A stretch of DNA of 64,000 bases, taken from a virus (Duplodnaviria; Caudoviricetes). Position numbers and translations under genes: made by a program. Position 1 is the stretch's first letter; the number at the start of each line of letters is the position of its first letter. The stretch spans positions 96,001 to 160,000 of the IMG/VR virus record IMGVR_UViG_3300037851_000542; one strand, 5' to 3'. Below the pieces are notes generated by a model. The model searched no databases, was not told the DNA's origin, and saw only the letters and a list, made by a program, of their open reading frames with translations. Below are positions 9,281 to 18,730 of this stretch, in pieces.

Positions 9281-10068
9281 ATTTTACTTAGGAGATTTTT
9301 TAAACTTTGCATCTCTGAAATTGATAAGTTGTTTAACCTTGGTCTGATAAGCTTTGGTATGATATATAAATTAGAAGAATTCGTCAGGTGCCCTTTGTGC
9401 CCTTTTCCCTTAAATAAAACTGGTTTATTGAATTCAAAACCACTTGGAAATCTCCATTTTATTGTTTGCTCTTCGTCTTCTAAAAGGGTATTTTTACAGG
9501 ATGTGCAGGATCCAGAGCGATTGTACCCAGATCCTTTACAATAGTTACATACCTTTACCTGCTTATGCATACCGAAAGGTGTTGGTACTTGGGTTTCAAT
9601 AGTTCCATAACCGTCGCACTGTCTGCATTGACTAAAATATGAAGAATCTACTAGACATATACTACACGGCTTCTTGGTTACAATTTTAAAAGTTAAAAAT
9701 TCTTCATACAAGTACTGGTATAAGGAGACTTGTAACTCTAACTTTATATCATTAACTTTTATTGGTCTTAGTTTTGGATGGGCTTGATGAGCCCTGTTAA
9801 CTGACGTTTCTCTAAAAAATGCTTTAAAAAAATCATTAAACTCGCCAAACCCACCTTGTTCATCAAATTTTAGCCCTGCCACAGTCTCTGTTTTTTGAGT
9901 TAAGACTGAGTAAGCCTCTGTAATTTCTTTAAATTTAGCCTCGGCTCCTTGCTCCTTATTTACATCAGGATGATACTGTTTTGCTAGCTTCCGATAAGCA
10001 GCTTTTATATCATCGTCAGACGAATCTCTAGACAATCCTAGGATTTTTAGGGCTTCTGCTCTAATCAT
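9277..10068 (-). CDS. dnaJ: DnaJ-family co-chaperone with J domain and zinc-finger repeats, C-terminally shortened
   Basis: LAKQYHPD (HPD motif), G/F-rich linker, CSIC, CRQCDGYG, CNYCKGSG and CTSC. Confidence 0.92.
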   Translation of the reverse strand: MIRAEALKILGLSRDSSDDDIKAAYRKLAKQYHPDVNKEQGAEAKFKEITEAYSVLTQKTETVAGLKFDEQGGFGEFNDFFKAFFRETSVNRAHQAHPKLRPIKVNDIKLELQVSLYQYLYEEFLTFKIVTKKPCSICLVDSSYFSQCRQCDGYGTIETQVPTPFGMHKQVKVCNYCKGSGYNRSGSCTSCKNTLLEDEEQTIKWRFPSGFEFNKPVLFKGKGHKGHLTNSSNLYIIPKLIRPRLNNLSISEMQSLKNLLSKI

Positions 10069-11149
10069 ATTTAAACTTTGTATATGGATTGTTTAAGAAT
10101 TCTTTAATATTGATTAAAGTAGGATTATCTAGTAAACTTTCCAATTCTAAAAAAGGAGCTTCATCTGGATCTTTATCCGGTAATTCTGCATAGCTTACTG
10201 TAATTATACCAGACTTATCTAACTTTTCCAATGTTTTTATAAATCCTTGCCTTGCGGCGGCGCCCCTTTCTATAAGAAAAAACAGATCTAAGCTACAAGA
10301 AGCTGCTAATGTTATCTGTTTTTGACTTAAAGTATTTCCTAGGCAAGCTACTGAGTTAGTCCACCCATAGAAATTTAACCTTATACAACTAAACTCACCT
10401 TCTACTATTATTAGTGACCTTTTGCCGTTTTTTAAATCTACATTGTTTAAGTTAAACAAAGCATTTTCTTTTTTATAACCTGGTGTAATCCAATACTTTG
10501 GGCAGTCCCCGTATTGGAGTATGCCATCTAACCTACGTGCATTTACCCCCACCAGTGTCCCCTCCTTACTATAAGAAGGTATTCCTACTCTCAACTGTTT
10601 ATAACTATCTAAAAAAGGATAAAGATTATATTTACTTATGCTTTGAAGTCCTGGATAATTCCTTAATTGAATATATTTTTCTACGTATTCAAATCCTACT
10701 GGGTGATTATAAAAATTAGGAAACTCTTGTAAACCTGCAAGTTCTGCCACTCTAGCTCTATCTTGTTCTGCATTGGATTTAATTATAGATATTAACTTTT
10801 GATAATCTTCTAAGTTTGAAACTTGATCATCCTTTTCCAAGTTAAAATTGCACAATTCGGCTAATCTTTCTACTGCCTGGTTGAAACTACAATTAAGTTT
10901 TAATTTAATAAAACCATATACATCGTGGGCTTCATTTCCTCCACAACTCTTAGTAAAGCATTGCCACCCATCATACTTCTTACTCCAAGAAAAACCTTCT
11001 TTAGTGTCCCCTCCGTGAAGAGGGCAAGGGCACCTTACTTCAGTTTCCCTATTGCATATTTCAGAATAAGGAACTCCTCCAATACTTACAAGTACTTGTA
11101 CAGGATCTGCCAGTGCTTTAAGTGTGTCAATTGTTTGTTTGCTGTACAT
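10061..11149 (-). CDS. DnaG-like primase (CHC2 zinc finger + TOPRIM) with degenerate acidic motifs
   Basis: CPCPLH...CFTKSC zinc finger, GVNARRL, PKYW, IVEGEFS, IERGAAA (in place of DxD) and KDPDE. Confidence 0.85.
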   Translation of the reverse strand: MYSKQTIDTLKALADPVQVLVSIGGVPYSEICNRETEVRCPCPLHGGDTKEGFSWSKKYDGWQCFTKSCGGNEAHDVYGFIKLKLNCSFNQAVERLAELCNFNLEKDDQVSNLEDYQKLISIIKSNAEQDRARVAELAGLQEFPNFYNHPVGFEYVEKYIQLRNYPGLQSISKYNLYPFLDSYKQLRVGIPSYSKEGTLVGVNARRLDGILQYGDCPKYWITPGYKKENALFNLNNVDLKNGKRSLIIVEGEFSCIRLNFYGWTNSVACLGNTLSQKQITLAASCSLDLFFLIERGAAARQGFIKTLEKLDKSGIITVSYAELPDKDPDEAPFLELESLLDNPTLINIKEFLNNPYTKFKYD

Positions 11150-11159
11150 GACAATCTAG

Positions 11160-12782
11160 TTAAAATAGTGGATCTTCGTCTTCCTCAGGAGTAACTTGAG
11201 AAACATAGGTGGTAAGATCTTCTATATCTCTTTGGTTATTATTTGACAGCTTATCATTTTTAACCTTATTTATCCAGATATCATTACTACTGGAACTTCT
11301 TCCGTTTTTAGAAAGTGTATTTAGTTTATAATTTATTTTAGCTTTTCTGCCGTCTTCATTATCTTCATCCTCTTCTTGCTTTGTATCAGCCTCTATTGTT
11401 TTTAATATAGATTTATAAAAAGTTACTGGTATTCTTTTTGCAGAACCTCCTCCTCTGGACTCTTTAACAGTTAGCCAGTGGGTTCCGTATTTCTTAACAT
11501 CCTCTTCAAAAGTGTCGCTATCAATATCAAACTCTTTATCACTCTTAGGATCAAATCTTATCAAGGTATTACAGTATCTAATGAGCCTATCACTATCAGC
11601 CACATTGTTTGTTCTAGTATTTATTTGGCAACCTGTGACAACTGGTATATCTAAAGTTCCGGCTGATATTTTTAGTGCATTTGTTATATCTCCGAGTATT
11701 TGATCTTCTCTTATATCTTTACTATTTTCTGCTACTGTCTCCATTTTTATATAATCAAAAACAGCCAACCCTATACCATATTTTAATTTAGCTCTTCTAA
11801 TTCTATTGGTTATAATTTTAGAATTAAACTGAGGTAAGTACTCGTAATATAAATTAAATTCATTTTTAATTTTAAATATAGCAGCTTCAACCCTTTCTTG
11901 GTCCCTTTTATCTTCTTTAAACTTACCACTAATAATCGCACGCTCGTCTACTTCGCTAATTTGAGCAAGTAATCTGGAAAGATCCTCTTTATAACTCATT
12001 TCTGTACTAAGGTATAACACTGGAATTTTATGATGTTCTATAACATGTCTAGCTATGTTTAGCATTAAAGTAGATTTACCACCCTTTGGTGGACCTGCAA
12101 AAATAGTTAATGTTCCAGCCCTTAATCCATTTATTGCTTGATCTAAACTTTTAAATCCAGTTTCTAATCCTATTAGGTCATTACCTCTACTGTTTATTTC
12201 TTCTACAAAATCGTCAATTACTTCAGACATAGATACTGTTTCATCCCTATCCTGTCCAGCCTCAATTAGACTTAACTCGGCTAGAAACTTTTCTGTAAGC
12301 TCCTCACCATTAGGATTAGTACTCAGGTCCTGTCTGAATGAAAAAACCTCGTTTTGCATTCTAGACGCAGCAGTATAGAGTTTATACTTTTTATAGGAAT
12401 TTTTTAATTTATCAACATAAAAATCGTAATTAGATTCATCTGGTGATGTGGAGCTAATAATAATAAAATATTGGTCCAGTACTCCTGTAGATTCTATTCC
12501 CAAACTTTTGCTTGCTTGTATAAGCAGAGGTAAATCAATTTTTTCTACTTTTGGATCGTTTTGTAATAAACTCAAAGCTAAAAATACAATCTTATTATGT
12601 TGGGATAGAAAATATTCTTCAGTCACGTCCCCCATTAATTCCACTAACTTAGTCTCGCTATGAAAACAAATTGATAGTAATAGTCTTTCGTACTCAGTGG
12701 CAAAACTGTTACTAGAATGGTTAGTACTTTCAACGGAACTTAAGTTGGTGTTTGATTTTTTTGCCAGAGTTTTATACATCAA
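11160..12782 (-). CDS. dnaB: DnaB-like replicative helicase
   Basis: GLETGFKSLD, Walker A AGPPKGGKS, LSTEM, Walker B VFDY, GCQIN and KESRGG; acidic C-terminal tail EEDEDPLF. Confidence 0.93.
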   Translation of the reverse strand: MMYKTLAKKSNTNLSSVESTNHSSNSFATEYERLLLSICFHSETKLVELMGDVTEEYFLSQHNKIVFLALSLLQNDPKVEKIDLPLLIQASKSLGIESTGVLDQYFIIISSTSPDESNYDFYVDKLKNSYKKYKLYTAASRMQNEVFSFRQDLSTNPNGEELTEKFLAELSLIEAGQDRDETVSMSEVIDDFVEEINSRGNDLIGLETGFKSLDQAINGLRAGTLTIFAGPPKGGKSTLMLNIARHVIEHHKIPVLYLSTEMSYKEDLSRLLAQISEVDERAIISGKFKEDKRDQERVEAAIFKIKNEFNLYYEYLPQFNSKIITNRIRRAKLKYGIGLAVFDYIKMETVAENSKDIREDQILGDITNALKISAGTLDIPVVTGCQINTRTNNVADSDRLIRYCNTLIRFDPKSDKEFDIDSDTFEEDVKKYGTHWLTVKESRGGGSAKRIPVTFYKSILKTIEADTKQEEDEDNEDGRKAKINYKLNTLSKNGRSSSSNDIWINKVKNDKLSNNNQRDIEDLTTYVSQVTPEEDEDPLF

Positions 12783-13252
12783 GATCCTAAGTTTCTTTCA
12801 AATGTTGTCTGTCGTCTTTGCAATTCTTTTTTTAGAGCGTTTGTTAGCTCCATTAACATTTCAGGCAAATTATGTAGAATATTAACACTTATTTCAAGTT
12901 GCTTCAATGTTTGATCCTGCTCTGACAGCGCACTATTTTGAGACAATGCATATACTGATTTTTCTTTTATAGTCTTTCCCTCTTTAATATTACTGCAAAA
13001 CCTTATAAGTGCTTGCTCGTGCTCTTTCTTTAAATATATTAAATTAGCATTAACTTGATTATAATACAACTGCACATACATCATATACCTAGCAGTATTA
13101 AAAATAGTTTCAGATAATTTTGTTGGCGACATATTTGTAATGTCCGAGCCTGAAAGTTTTAAAAGTTTAGTAGTTTCAGAATTTAACTCTGATGAGGATA
13201 TTAAATCTAATCCAGTGGCTTTTAAAGTAAACTCTACTTGCTCATCAAACAT
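12779..13252 (-). CDS. Helical/coiled-coil protein, possibly a UvsY-like recombination mediator
   Basis: 157-aa helical protein with heptad-like C-terminus, located between dnaB and recA; resemblance is by pattern only. Confidence 0.35.
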   Translation of the reverse strand: MFDEQVEFTLKATGLDLISSSELNSETTKLLKLSGSDITNMSPTKLSETIFNTARYMMYVQLYYNQVNANLIYLKKEHEQALIRFCSNIKEGKTIKEKSVYALSQNSALSEQDQTLKQLEISVNILHNLPEMLMELTNALKKELQRRQTTFERNLGS

Positions 13253-13644
13253 TACTTTACACCGTTAATAATGGTTTTTTTAAATACCGCTGTTGTCATT
13301 TTACTTAATTCTTTATCTGTTATACTACAAAAAGAAGCTCCTTCCAGCTCACACCACTCTTCTTTTAAACTATCTCGTCTTTTTTGTTTTTTAAAGTCTA
13401 ACTCACTTTCATAAAAAAAACTATTAAAAGTAAAGTGTTGCTGACCTTGTACCTCTACATATAAATTTAAACTTGGTATAAAGAAATCAAACCTTAAGAT
13501 CTGCCCATTATATTTTATTTGTTTCTGCTTAACAAGTCTTGTACGCGGAAACGCAGCTTTAAATAGCTTTTCAAAAGCTCTTTCGTTAGAACTACTCATC
13601 TTTAATAAAAGGATTAAAGATTTTAACATTAGGGCTGTAAACAA
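13252..13644 (-). CDS. Small PD-(D/E)XK endonuclease (DUF559/Vsr-like); likely start ATG at 13599
   Basis: LRFDFFIPSLNLYVEVQGQQH motif. Confidence 0.75.
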   Translation of the reverse strand: MFTALMLKSLILLLKMSSSNERAFEKLFKAAFPRTRLVKQKQIKYNGQILRFDFFIPSLNLYVEVQGQQHFTFNSFFYESELDFKKQKRRDSLKEEWCELEGASFCSITDKELSKMTTAVFKKTIINGVK

Positions 13645-14692
13645 TTCCTAATTTTTCTATAACCTGTTGTCTTAAAGTTTTGTACATTTCTTTATCTTGA
13701 AATAACAGTTCATACAGATTATTTATTCCATTAGCTTTTAGATCGTTAAAATAGTACCAAGCCCCACTACGTTCTATCAACTTCTCCTGTATTGCTAAGT
13801 CTGCTACTTCCATAAAAGGATTAACTCCTTGCCCTAATATTATTGGAATCTGTATTGATTTCATAGGAACGTCTAATTTATTTTTTTCTGATTTTACAGT
13901 AACTTGTTGCCCAATTACTTTATCACCAGGTCCTAGTATCTGAGCTGATTTAGATCTAGCTGTCCCACTCAAGTGTAGTAATGTACTTATGTGATGCTCT
14001 ACAGCTTTTAATTCGTATCTTTTAGTATCTGCACCATAGCCTGACATATTTGCTCTTACTTGATTCAGTATTACAAAGATACAGTTAGCGTCGTAACAGT
14101 AATCATTTAGAATTGGTATTATTTGTGATAAAAATAGTGCCTTTTCCGCCATTTTAGGTTTAGTTATATCAGGGTCTGCTTCATTCTTTTTACCCTCTGG
14201 TTGAGGATTCCAAGAAGGAAGAGAATCCAGTACAATAATACCTATTTCGTTAGTAGGAAGCATCTTACTTAAAAGATTTGCTTGTTCTCTTGGATCCCCT
14301 TTAATTAGAATGTTAAACATGCCTTTTTTGTCAGGAGTATTGAGTCCCATATTTACTGCCATACTTTTTTGGAAAGCTTTTTCAGCATCAATAAATACTG
14401 CCTTTTTTCCGTTTGCAATCACGTTGGCACACAGCTGCAAAGCTAGTGTAGTCTTCCCAGTAGAGTAATCTCCATAAATCTCTAGTAATCTGCCTGCCTC
14501 CATACCTCCCATCGGGGCGCTTATCACGTAGTCTAACCCTATGCTACCGGTACTGTAAACAATAGAGGGTCTCTCAACCATTTCCTCCAGCGTCTCAATA
14601 AACTTTATATTGTATTTATCACCAGCCGTTTTGATTATTTTGTCTAGTAGACTTTCATCGCCGGTTTCTGAATTTTTTGATTTTTTACTCAT
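13592..14692 (-). CDS. recA: RecA/UvsX recombinase
   Basis: STGSIGLD, GRLLEIYGDYSTGKTT (Walker A), FIDAEKA, IVLDSL, ILNQVR and KNK. Confidence 0.95.
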   Translation of the reverse strand: MSKKSKNSETGDESLLDKIIKTAGDKYNIKFIETLEEMVERPSIVYSTGSIGLDYVISAPMGGMEAGRLLEIYGDYSTGKTTLALQLCANVIANGKKAVFIDAEKAFQKSMAVNMGLNTPDKKGMFNILIKGDPREQANLLSKMLPTNEIGIIVLDSLPSWNPQPEGKKNEADPDITKPKMAEKALFLSQIIPILNDYCYDANCIFVILNQVRANMSGYGADTKRYELKAVEHHISTLLHLSGTARSKSAQILGPGDKVIGQQVTVKSEKNKLDVPMKSIQIPIILGQGVNPFMEVADLAIQEKLIERSGAWYYFNDLKANGINNLYELLFQDKEMYKTLRQQVIEKLGIVYSPNVKIFNPFIKDE

Positions 14693-15147
14693 TTTCTCTC
14701 TATGGTTAATGCGCTCTGTATTAAAAAGTCTAAATAATCCGGTGAATAGTTAACAGCTACTTTTCTAAGTACCCACGAACCTTTATCACTTAAAAGCCAA
14801 TTAAAAGATTTTAAATCTGTAAGCTGCAATTTATTAAAATTATCAAACATCTTTTTTAGAACAAACATTAAATCTCTATTAAAGTGATATTTATCTATTC
14901 CTTTTGCCTCGGCTTTTAATTGACACTGTTTCAGCGCTTTTAAATCGTCTGATTTTAAAGAACTTGGTAAAAATGTAAAAGACGATCCGCAAATCCTTGA
15001 AAGTTTAAAATAAAAAAAATCTATAAGTTGACTGTCTGTAATTCTTTTACTTAGTTTAACGGGCTTCAATACAGTGTAGTTTAAACTTTTAAGAAAGTCT
15101 ATAGCTGTTCTTTCGGTAAGTACCTCTATTTTATCTTTTTTTATCAT
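14689..15147 (-). CDS. Hypothetical protein in the replication module
   Basis: 152-aa ORF coupled to recA (ATGA overlap); no motif recognised. Confidence 0.65.
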   Translation of the reverse strand: MIKKDKIEVLTERTAIDFLKSLNYTVLKPVKLSKRITDSQLIDFFYFKLSRICGSSFTFLPSSLKSDDLKALKQCQLKAEAKGIDKYHFNRDLMFVLKKMFDNFNKLQLTDLKSFNWLLSDKGSWVLRKVAVNYSPDYLDFLIQSALTIERK

Positions 15148-15157
15148 TTCAATTTCT

Positions 15158-16321
15158 CTAAGACATACCTTGTACCAAGAAGGTCAGGTTAGTTTCTCTT
15201 AATTGTAAACACCAAAGATTTCTTTCTGTATCAAACCCGATATTAATTGTGTCTTTTTTATCTATTTTGCTTAACACGTTCGTTAGTAGATAGGCATCTA
15301 CTAGACCTGTTATATCTTTGTTCAGGTTAATAGGTATATTAGATATCTTTCCATCTGCGCTTGATAAGTTTAACACGTCTTTGGCGGATTTGCCGTCTAA
15401 CTTTAATTTAAAAAACTTAGTTTTAGAATTGCTTATAAGACTTTTAATGCTTTCAGTAAGGGGTTCCAAATCTATCTCCCCTAGCACTTCAGGCAAAGTA
15501 TCAAACAATTCCATATAAGGTTCTAGATCTTGTTCTCCTGATGAGACTGGAAAGATCATAAAACTATTCTCAACTCTAACAAACACTTTCTTATTTTTTA
15601 CATAGAATAGTAATTCATCTGCTGATTTTAATATAAAAGACTCTAATATTTTTAGACACCCTGCGTTTACAGCTAGACTTATTTCCTCTACCTTTTCGCT
15701 ATTTAGAACTGTATTTACAACTTTAGCTGCAGTGGTAGAGTCAGTACTTAGAGTTAAAAACTCGTTGTTGCTGACTTTTAATAGAATATTATTAGCTTGT
15801 TTAGTTGTAGCATCTGAAGAGTATATATTTATTAACTTCAGGGTATTGGATATACCGCTACACTGCACCCTTACTGCTTGAGAAAAGTCTAAATTACTAA
15901 ACTCTTTAAATTCGTTTTTTTTCTTAGGTTCCGCAGAGGTAAGTAGTTCGAGGGAATAGACACTAGGTTTACTCTCAGCTTTCCATTGATGAATATAAGT
16001 TAGAATTAATTTGGATTCTTCTATATCAATTGTAATATCATTAGAAGATAGTGTGTCTTTCTTGGAAGAACTTGGCAACTTAACATTTATAAGCTCGGAT
16101 ACAGGCAAATAAACTGTAGTTTTTATTGAACTTTCTATTTCTATAACTTCTGAAAAGATAATTTTCAGACCAGTTTTATCTACTTGATTTTTATAATAAA
16201 CAGTTAGCTTATTTTGTTCAATATTTAACAGCATAAGTTCTGAATTATTGCCTCTAGTGAGTAAGGTTACCTTGTTAAGTAACTTTATAAAATCCAATAA
16301 CTTGATCTTAAAACTTTGCAT
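15158..16321 (-). CDS. Probable beta-type DNA sliding clamp (DnaN-like)
   Basis: 387 aa, close to DnaN length, with three alternating alpha/beta segments; patterns such as NNILLKVSNNEFLTLSTDS, LAVNAGCL and DAYLLTNVLSKID; replication-module context. Confidence 0.6.
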   Translation of the reverse strand: MQSFKIKLLDFIKLLNKVTLLTRGNNSELMLLNIEQNKLTVYYKNQVDKTGLKIIFSEVIEIESSIKTTVYLPVSELINVKLPSSSKKDTLSSNDITIDIEESKLILTYIHQWKAESKPSVYSLELLTSAEPKKKNEFKEFSNLDFSQAVRVQCSGISNTLKLINIYSSDATTKQANNILLKVSNNEFLTLSTDSTTAAKVVNTVLNSEKVEEISLAVNAGCLKILESFILKSADELLFYVKNKKVFVRVENSFMIFPVSSGEQDLEPYMELFDTLPEVLGEIDLEPLTESIKSLISNSKTKFFKLKLDGKSAKDVLNLSSADGKISNIPINLNKDITGLVDAYLLTNVLSKIDKKDTINIGFDTERNLWCLQLRETNLTFLVQGMS

Positions 16322-18717
16322 TATACTCCAGAAATTGTTGCTGCTAAATTTTGAATACCTATTCCTACAATATAGACATTTAAATCAGGAGCTAGGGTAC
16401 CTGATAGTGTACCACTAGCAGTAAGAGGTGTCAAATATATATTAAGATCGCTAAAACTAACAGTACCGCTTATAGTTGCTTCTAGATCCGGTACATATGT
16501 AACACCATTATAGCTCATATTTAAATCGTAAGAGGGTGTATCCTCTGCTATTATTTCTGCAGTTAGATCATTTAACCCGCCAATTGCAGTAATAGACGCT
16601 GAGAGATTTGTGCCAAAAGTAGCCACAGCACACTCTATCCCAAACTTTATAGCTTCATCTATACTGCTAAATCTCTCTAGATTATCTATAATACACGAAT
16701 TTGTATTTTGTTTTGCGTATAATAGTGTCCCGTCGTCTTCTAAATTATTGTAACTCTCTACAACAACTACCATTTTATTAAAAGGGTCTAATGTAAAAAC
16801 TTTATTAGCGTCTTCAGAGTAATAATATGTCAAATTGTCACCTTCGAAATAGATTCTTACTGATTTAACTTCACCTGTAAGAGTATTGACCCAATTTATT
16901 ATTGGTGTGCCTCCGTAGGAAGTAGTTGGGTTGCTGTAATATAGTGATTTAATTTCAGCATTTAGATCTGAGCTTAATTGAACACCTTCAATTTCTGCGT
17001 GTAAATCTAGTATTGGACTAGTCACTAAATCTATTCTGGCTTTATTATAGGTTATTGCTGGATCTGTGAGTAAAATAGGTAACCAGTTCTGATACTTATT
17101 AGTCAAGTTCCTAGTTATAGAAATTCTATTAGACGCAACGGTATACTGACCTTGCACTGCAACTATTTTAGCCTGTAAATCTCCTGCCTGTTGAGCACTG
17201 ATAAACACTGCTAAATCTTCAAAATCACTCCTACTATAACAGGTATTGGCATTAATCCTGGCTCTTAAATCTCTTACTGCAAAAGTGTTAATTAAAATAC
17301 TAGACTCGATAAAATAATATTTAGGTTTTATAGTAGCACTTAAATCCACAGGACTTATAGCTGCTATTTCCGCATTAAGCGGTGAGTTTACAGTCAAATC
17401 ATAGCTAGCGGTTAAGTCTAGTCCACTTTGTGTAGTATAACTTGCGCCTAGTGACAAGACTCTTGTACCGGTGCTATCTATTTCAGCATATAAGTCTAGA
17501 ACTTTATCAGACTCTATGGTTGCAAATAAATCACTACTTATAGTACCCTCAATTGTTGAAGTAAGGTCTAGTTGTCCTTGTGTATTTGAGGTTATATATG
17601 TGGATAAGTTTGTATAAGACCCTGTAGATGTTATAGTAGCTAACAAACCTCCTGAAAATAAATACCCTGAGATCGTAGCTGATAAATCATTGCTGGTAGT
17701 TGCAGAATAACTAGCATATAAACTTGAAGGGATTATAGCAGAGTAAGTAGCCGGTAAATCAATGGGAAAGTTTGTTACATATCTAGCATTTAAACCCTGT
17801 AAACCGCTATTGCTTGGAATTATTATACCACCTAGGTCTTCTGTATAATTCACGCCAAGGTTTCCTTCTATATGTGCATTTAGATTATTAAGCCCAGAGC
17901 CTAATCCTGTATAAATGGCATACAAATCCTTTTGAAAAACCCCATCTATACTTCCAGAAAGGTCTGAGGTGTTTACCCCTTCTATGTTTGCATATAAATC
18001 CTCTACAGATAATCCAAGAATATTTGCACTTAAAGTGATACCTTCAATAGGAGATATATACCCAGAAAGCTCGGCATATTGAAAAGCTTGATACTCAGCG
18101 TACAGATCAACTGGAGGTGATGGCTCTATGAACCCGTTTAAATCACCGTACCTTGACTGTAACGCCCTGTAAAAACCATTAAGGTCCTGTAGTGCTATAC
18201 CTTCAACAGAGGCTCCTAGGTCAAAATAGGAGCTTAAGGTAGGACGTATAAACGCTAATAAAGAAGAACTTGATGCTATAGTTGGCTGAATGTAAGCTAA
18301 TAGGTCTTGGGTGGACCTTTTTGGCACACCGTCGATACTCGCCTCTAAGTCTGGTAAAGTACGAGTATCTATTAAAAAAGCAGAGCCGTTTCCAAAAATA
18401 GAAGAACCTTGCGAGGTCTGTGACGCAAAGTTTGACCTAATATACGCACTCAGATTATACTCACTTGGTGGGATAAAAATTACTGCGTCAATAGCTGCAT
18501 TTAAATCCGGTAAAGAATTAGAATTAAGTAAAAAAGTAGATCCTATCCCAAAAATAGAGGATCCCTTATCTGTATTAGTATTGAAATTACTAGTTATGTA
18601 AGCGTTAAGATTCTCAGTTTGTAACTCACGACTAATACCATTTATATAAACACTTAGACTTCCAGTTACAGAAGACGTTGTTATAAAATTACTGTCTGCG
18701 TAGACTCCAGTAATCAC
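16321..18717 (-). CDS. Repeat-rich protein (about 43 copies of a [DN]LxAx[IY] motif), probably virion-associated
   Basis: GTG start; repeats such as DLNAAIDA, DLEASIDG, DLYANIEG, DLSATISG and DLNAEIKS, mostly 12-14 aa apart. Confidence 0.8.
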   Translation of the reverse strand: MITGVYADSNFITTSSVTGSLSVYINGISRELQTENLNAYITSNFNTNTDKGSSIFGIGSTFLLNSNSLPDLNAAIDAVIFIPPSEYNLSAYIRSNFASQTSQGSSIFGNGSAFLIDTRTLPDLEASIDGVPKRSTQDLLAYIQPTIASSSSLLAFIRPTLSSYFDLGASVEGIALQDLNGFYRALQSRYGDLNGFIEPSPPVDLYAEYQAFQYAELSGYISPIEGITLSANILGLSVEDLYANIEGVNTSDLSGSIDGVFQKDLYAIYTGLGSGLNNLNAHIEGNLGVNYTEDLGGIIIPSNSGLQGLNARYVTNFPIDLPATYSAIIPSSLYASYSATTSNDLSATISGYLFSGGLLATITSTGSYTNLSTYITSNTQGQLDLTSTIEGTISSDLFATIESDKVLDLYAEIDSTGTRVLSLGASYTTQSGLDLTASYDLTVNSPLNAEIAAISPVDLSATIKPKYYFIESSILINTFAVRDLRARINANTCYSRSDFEDLAVFISAQQAGDLQAKIVAVQGQYTVASNRISITRNLTNKYQNWLPILLTDPAITYNKARIDLVTSPILDLHAEIEGVQLSSDLNAEIKSLYYSNPTTSYGGTPIINWVNTLTGEVKSVRIYFEGDNLTYYYSEDANKVFTLDPFNKMVVVVESYNNLEDDGTLLYAKQNTNSCIIDNLERFSSIDEAIKFGIECAVATFGTNLSASITAIGGLNDLTAEIIAEDTPSYDLNMSYNGVTYVPDLEATISGTVSFSDLNIYLTPLTASGTLSGTLAPDLNVYIVGIGIQNLAATISGV

Positions 18718-18730
18718 TGGGTTAATTTAC

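Noticed and set aside
771-14692. Inteins in PolA, DnaB or RecA
   Set aside because: Lengths are near normal and there are no C/S...HN-C/S/T splice junction motifs or LAGLIDADG blocks.
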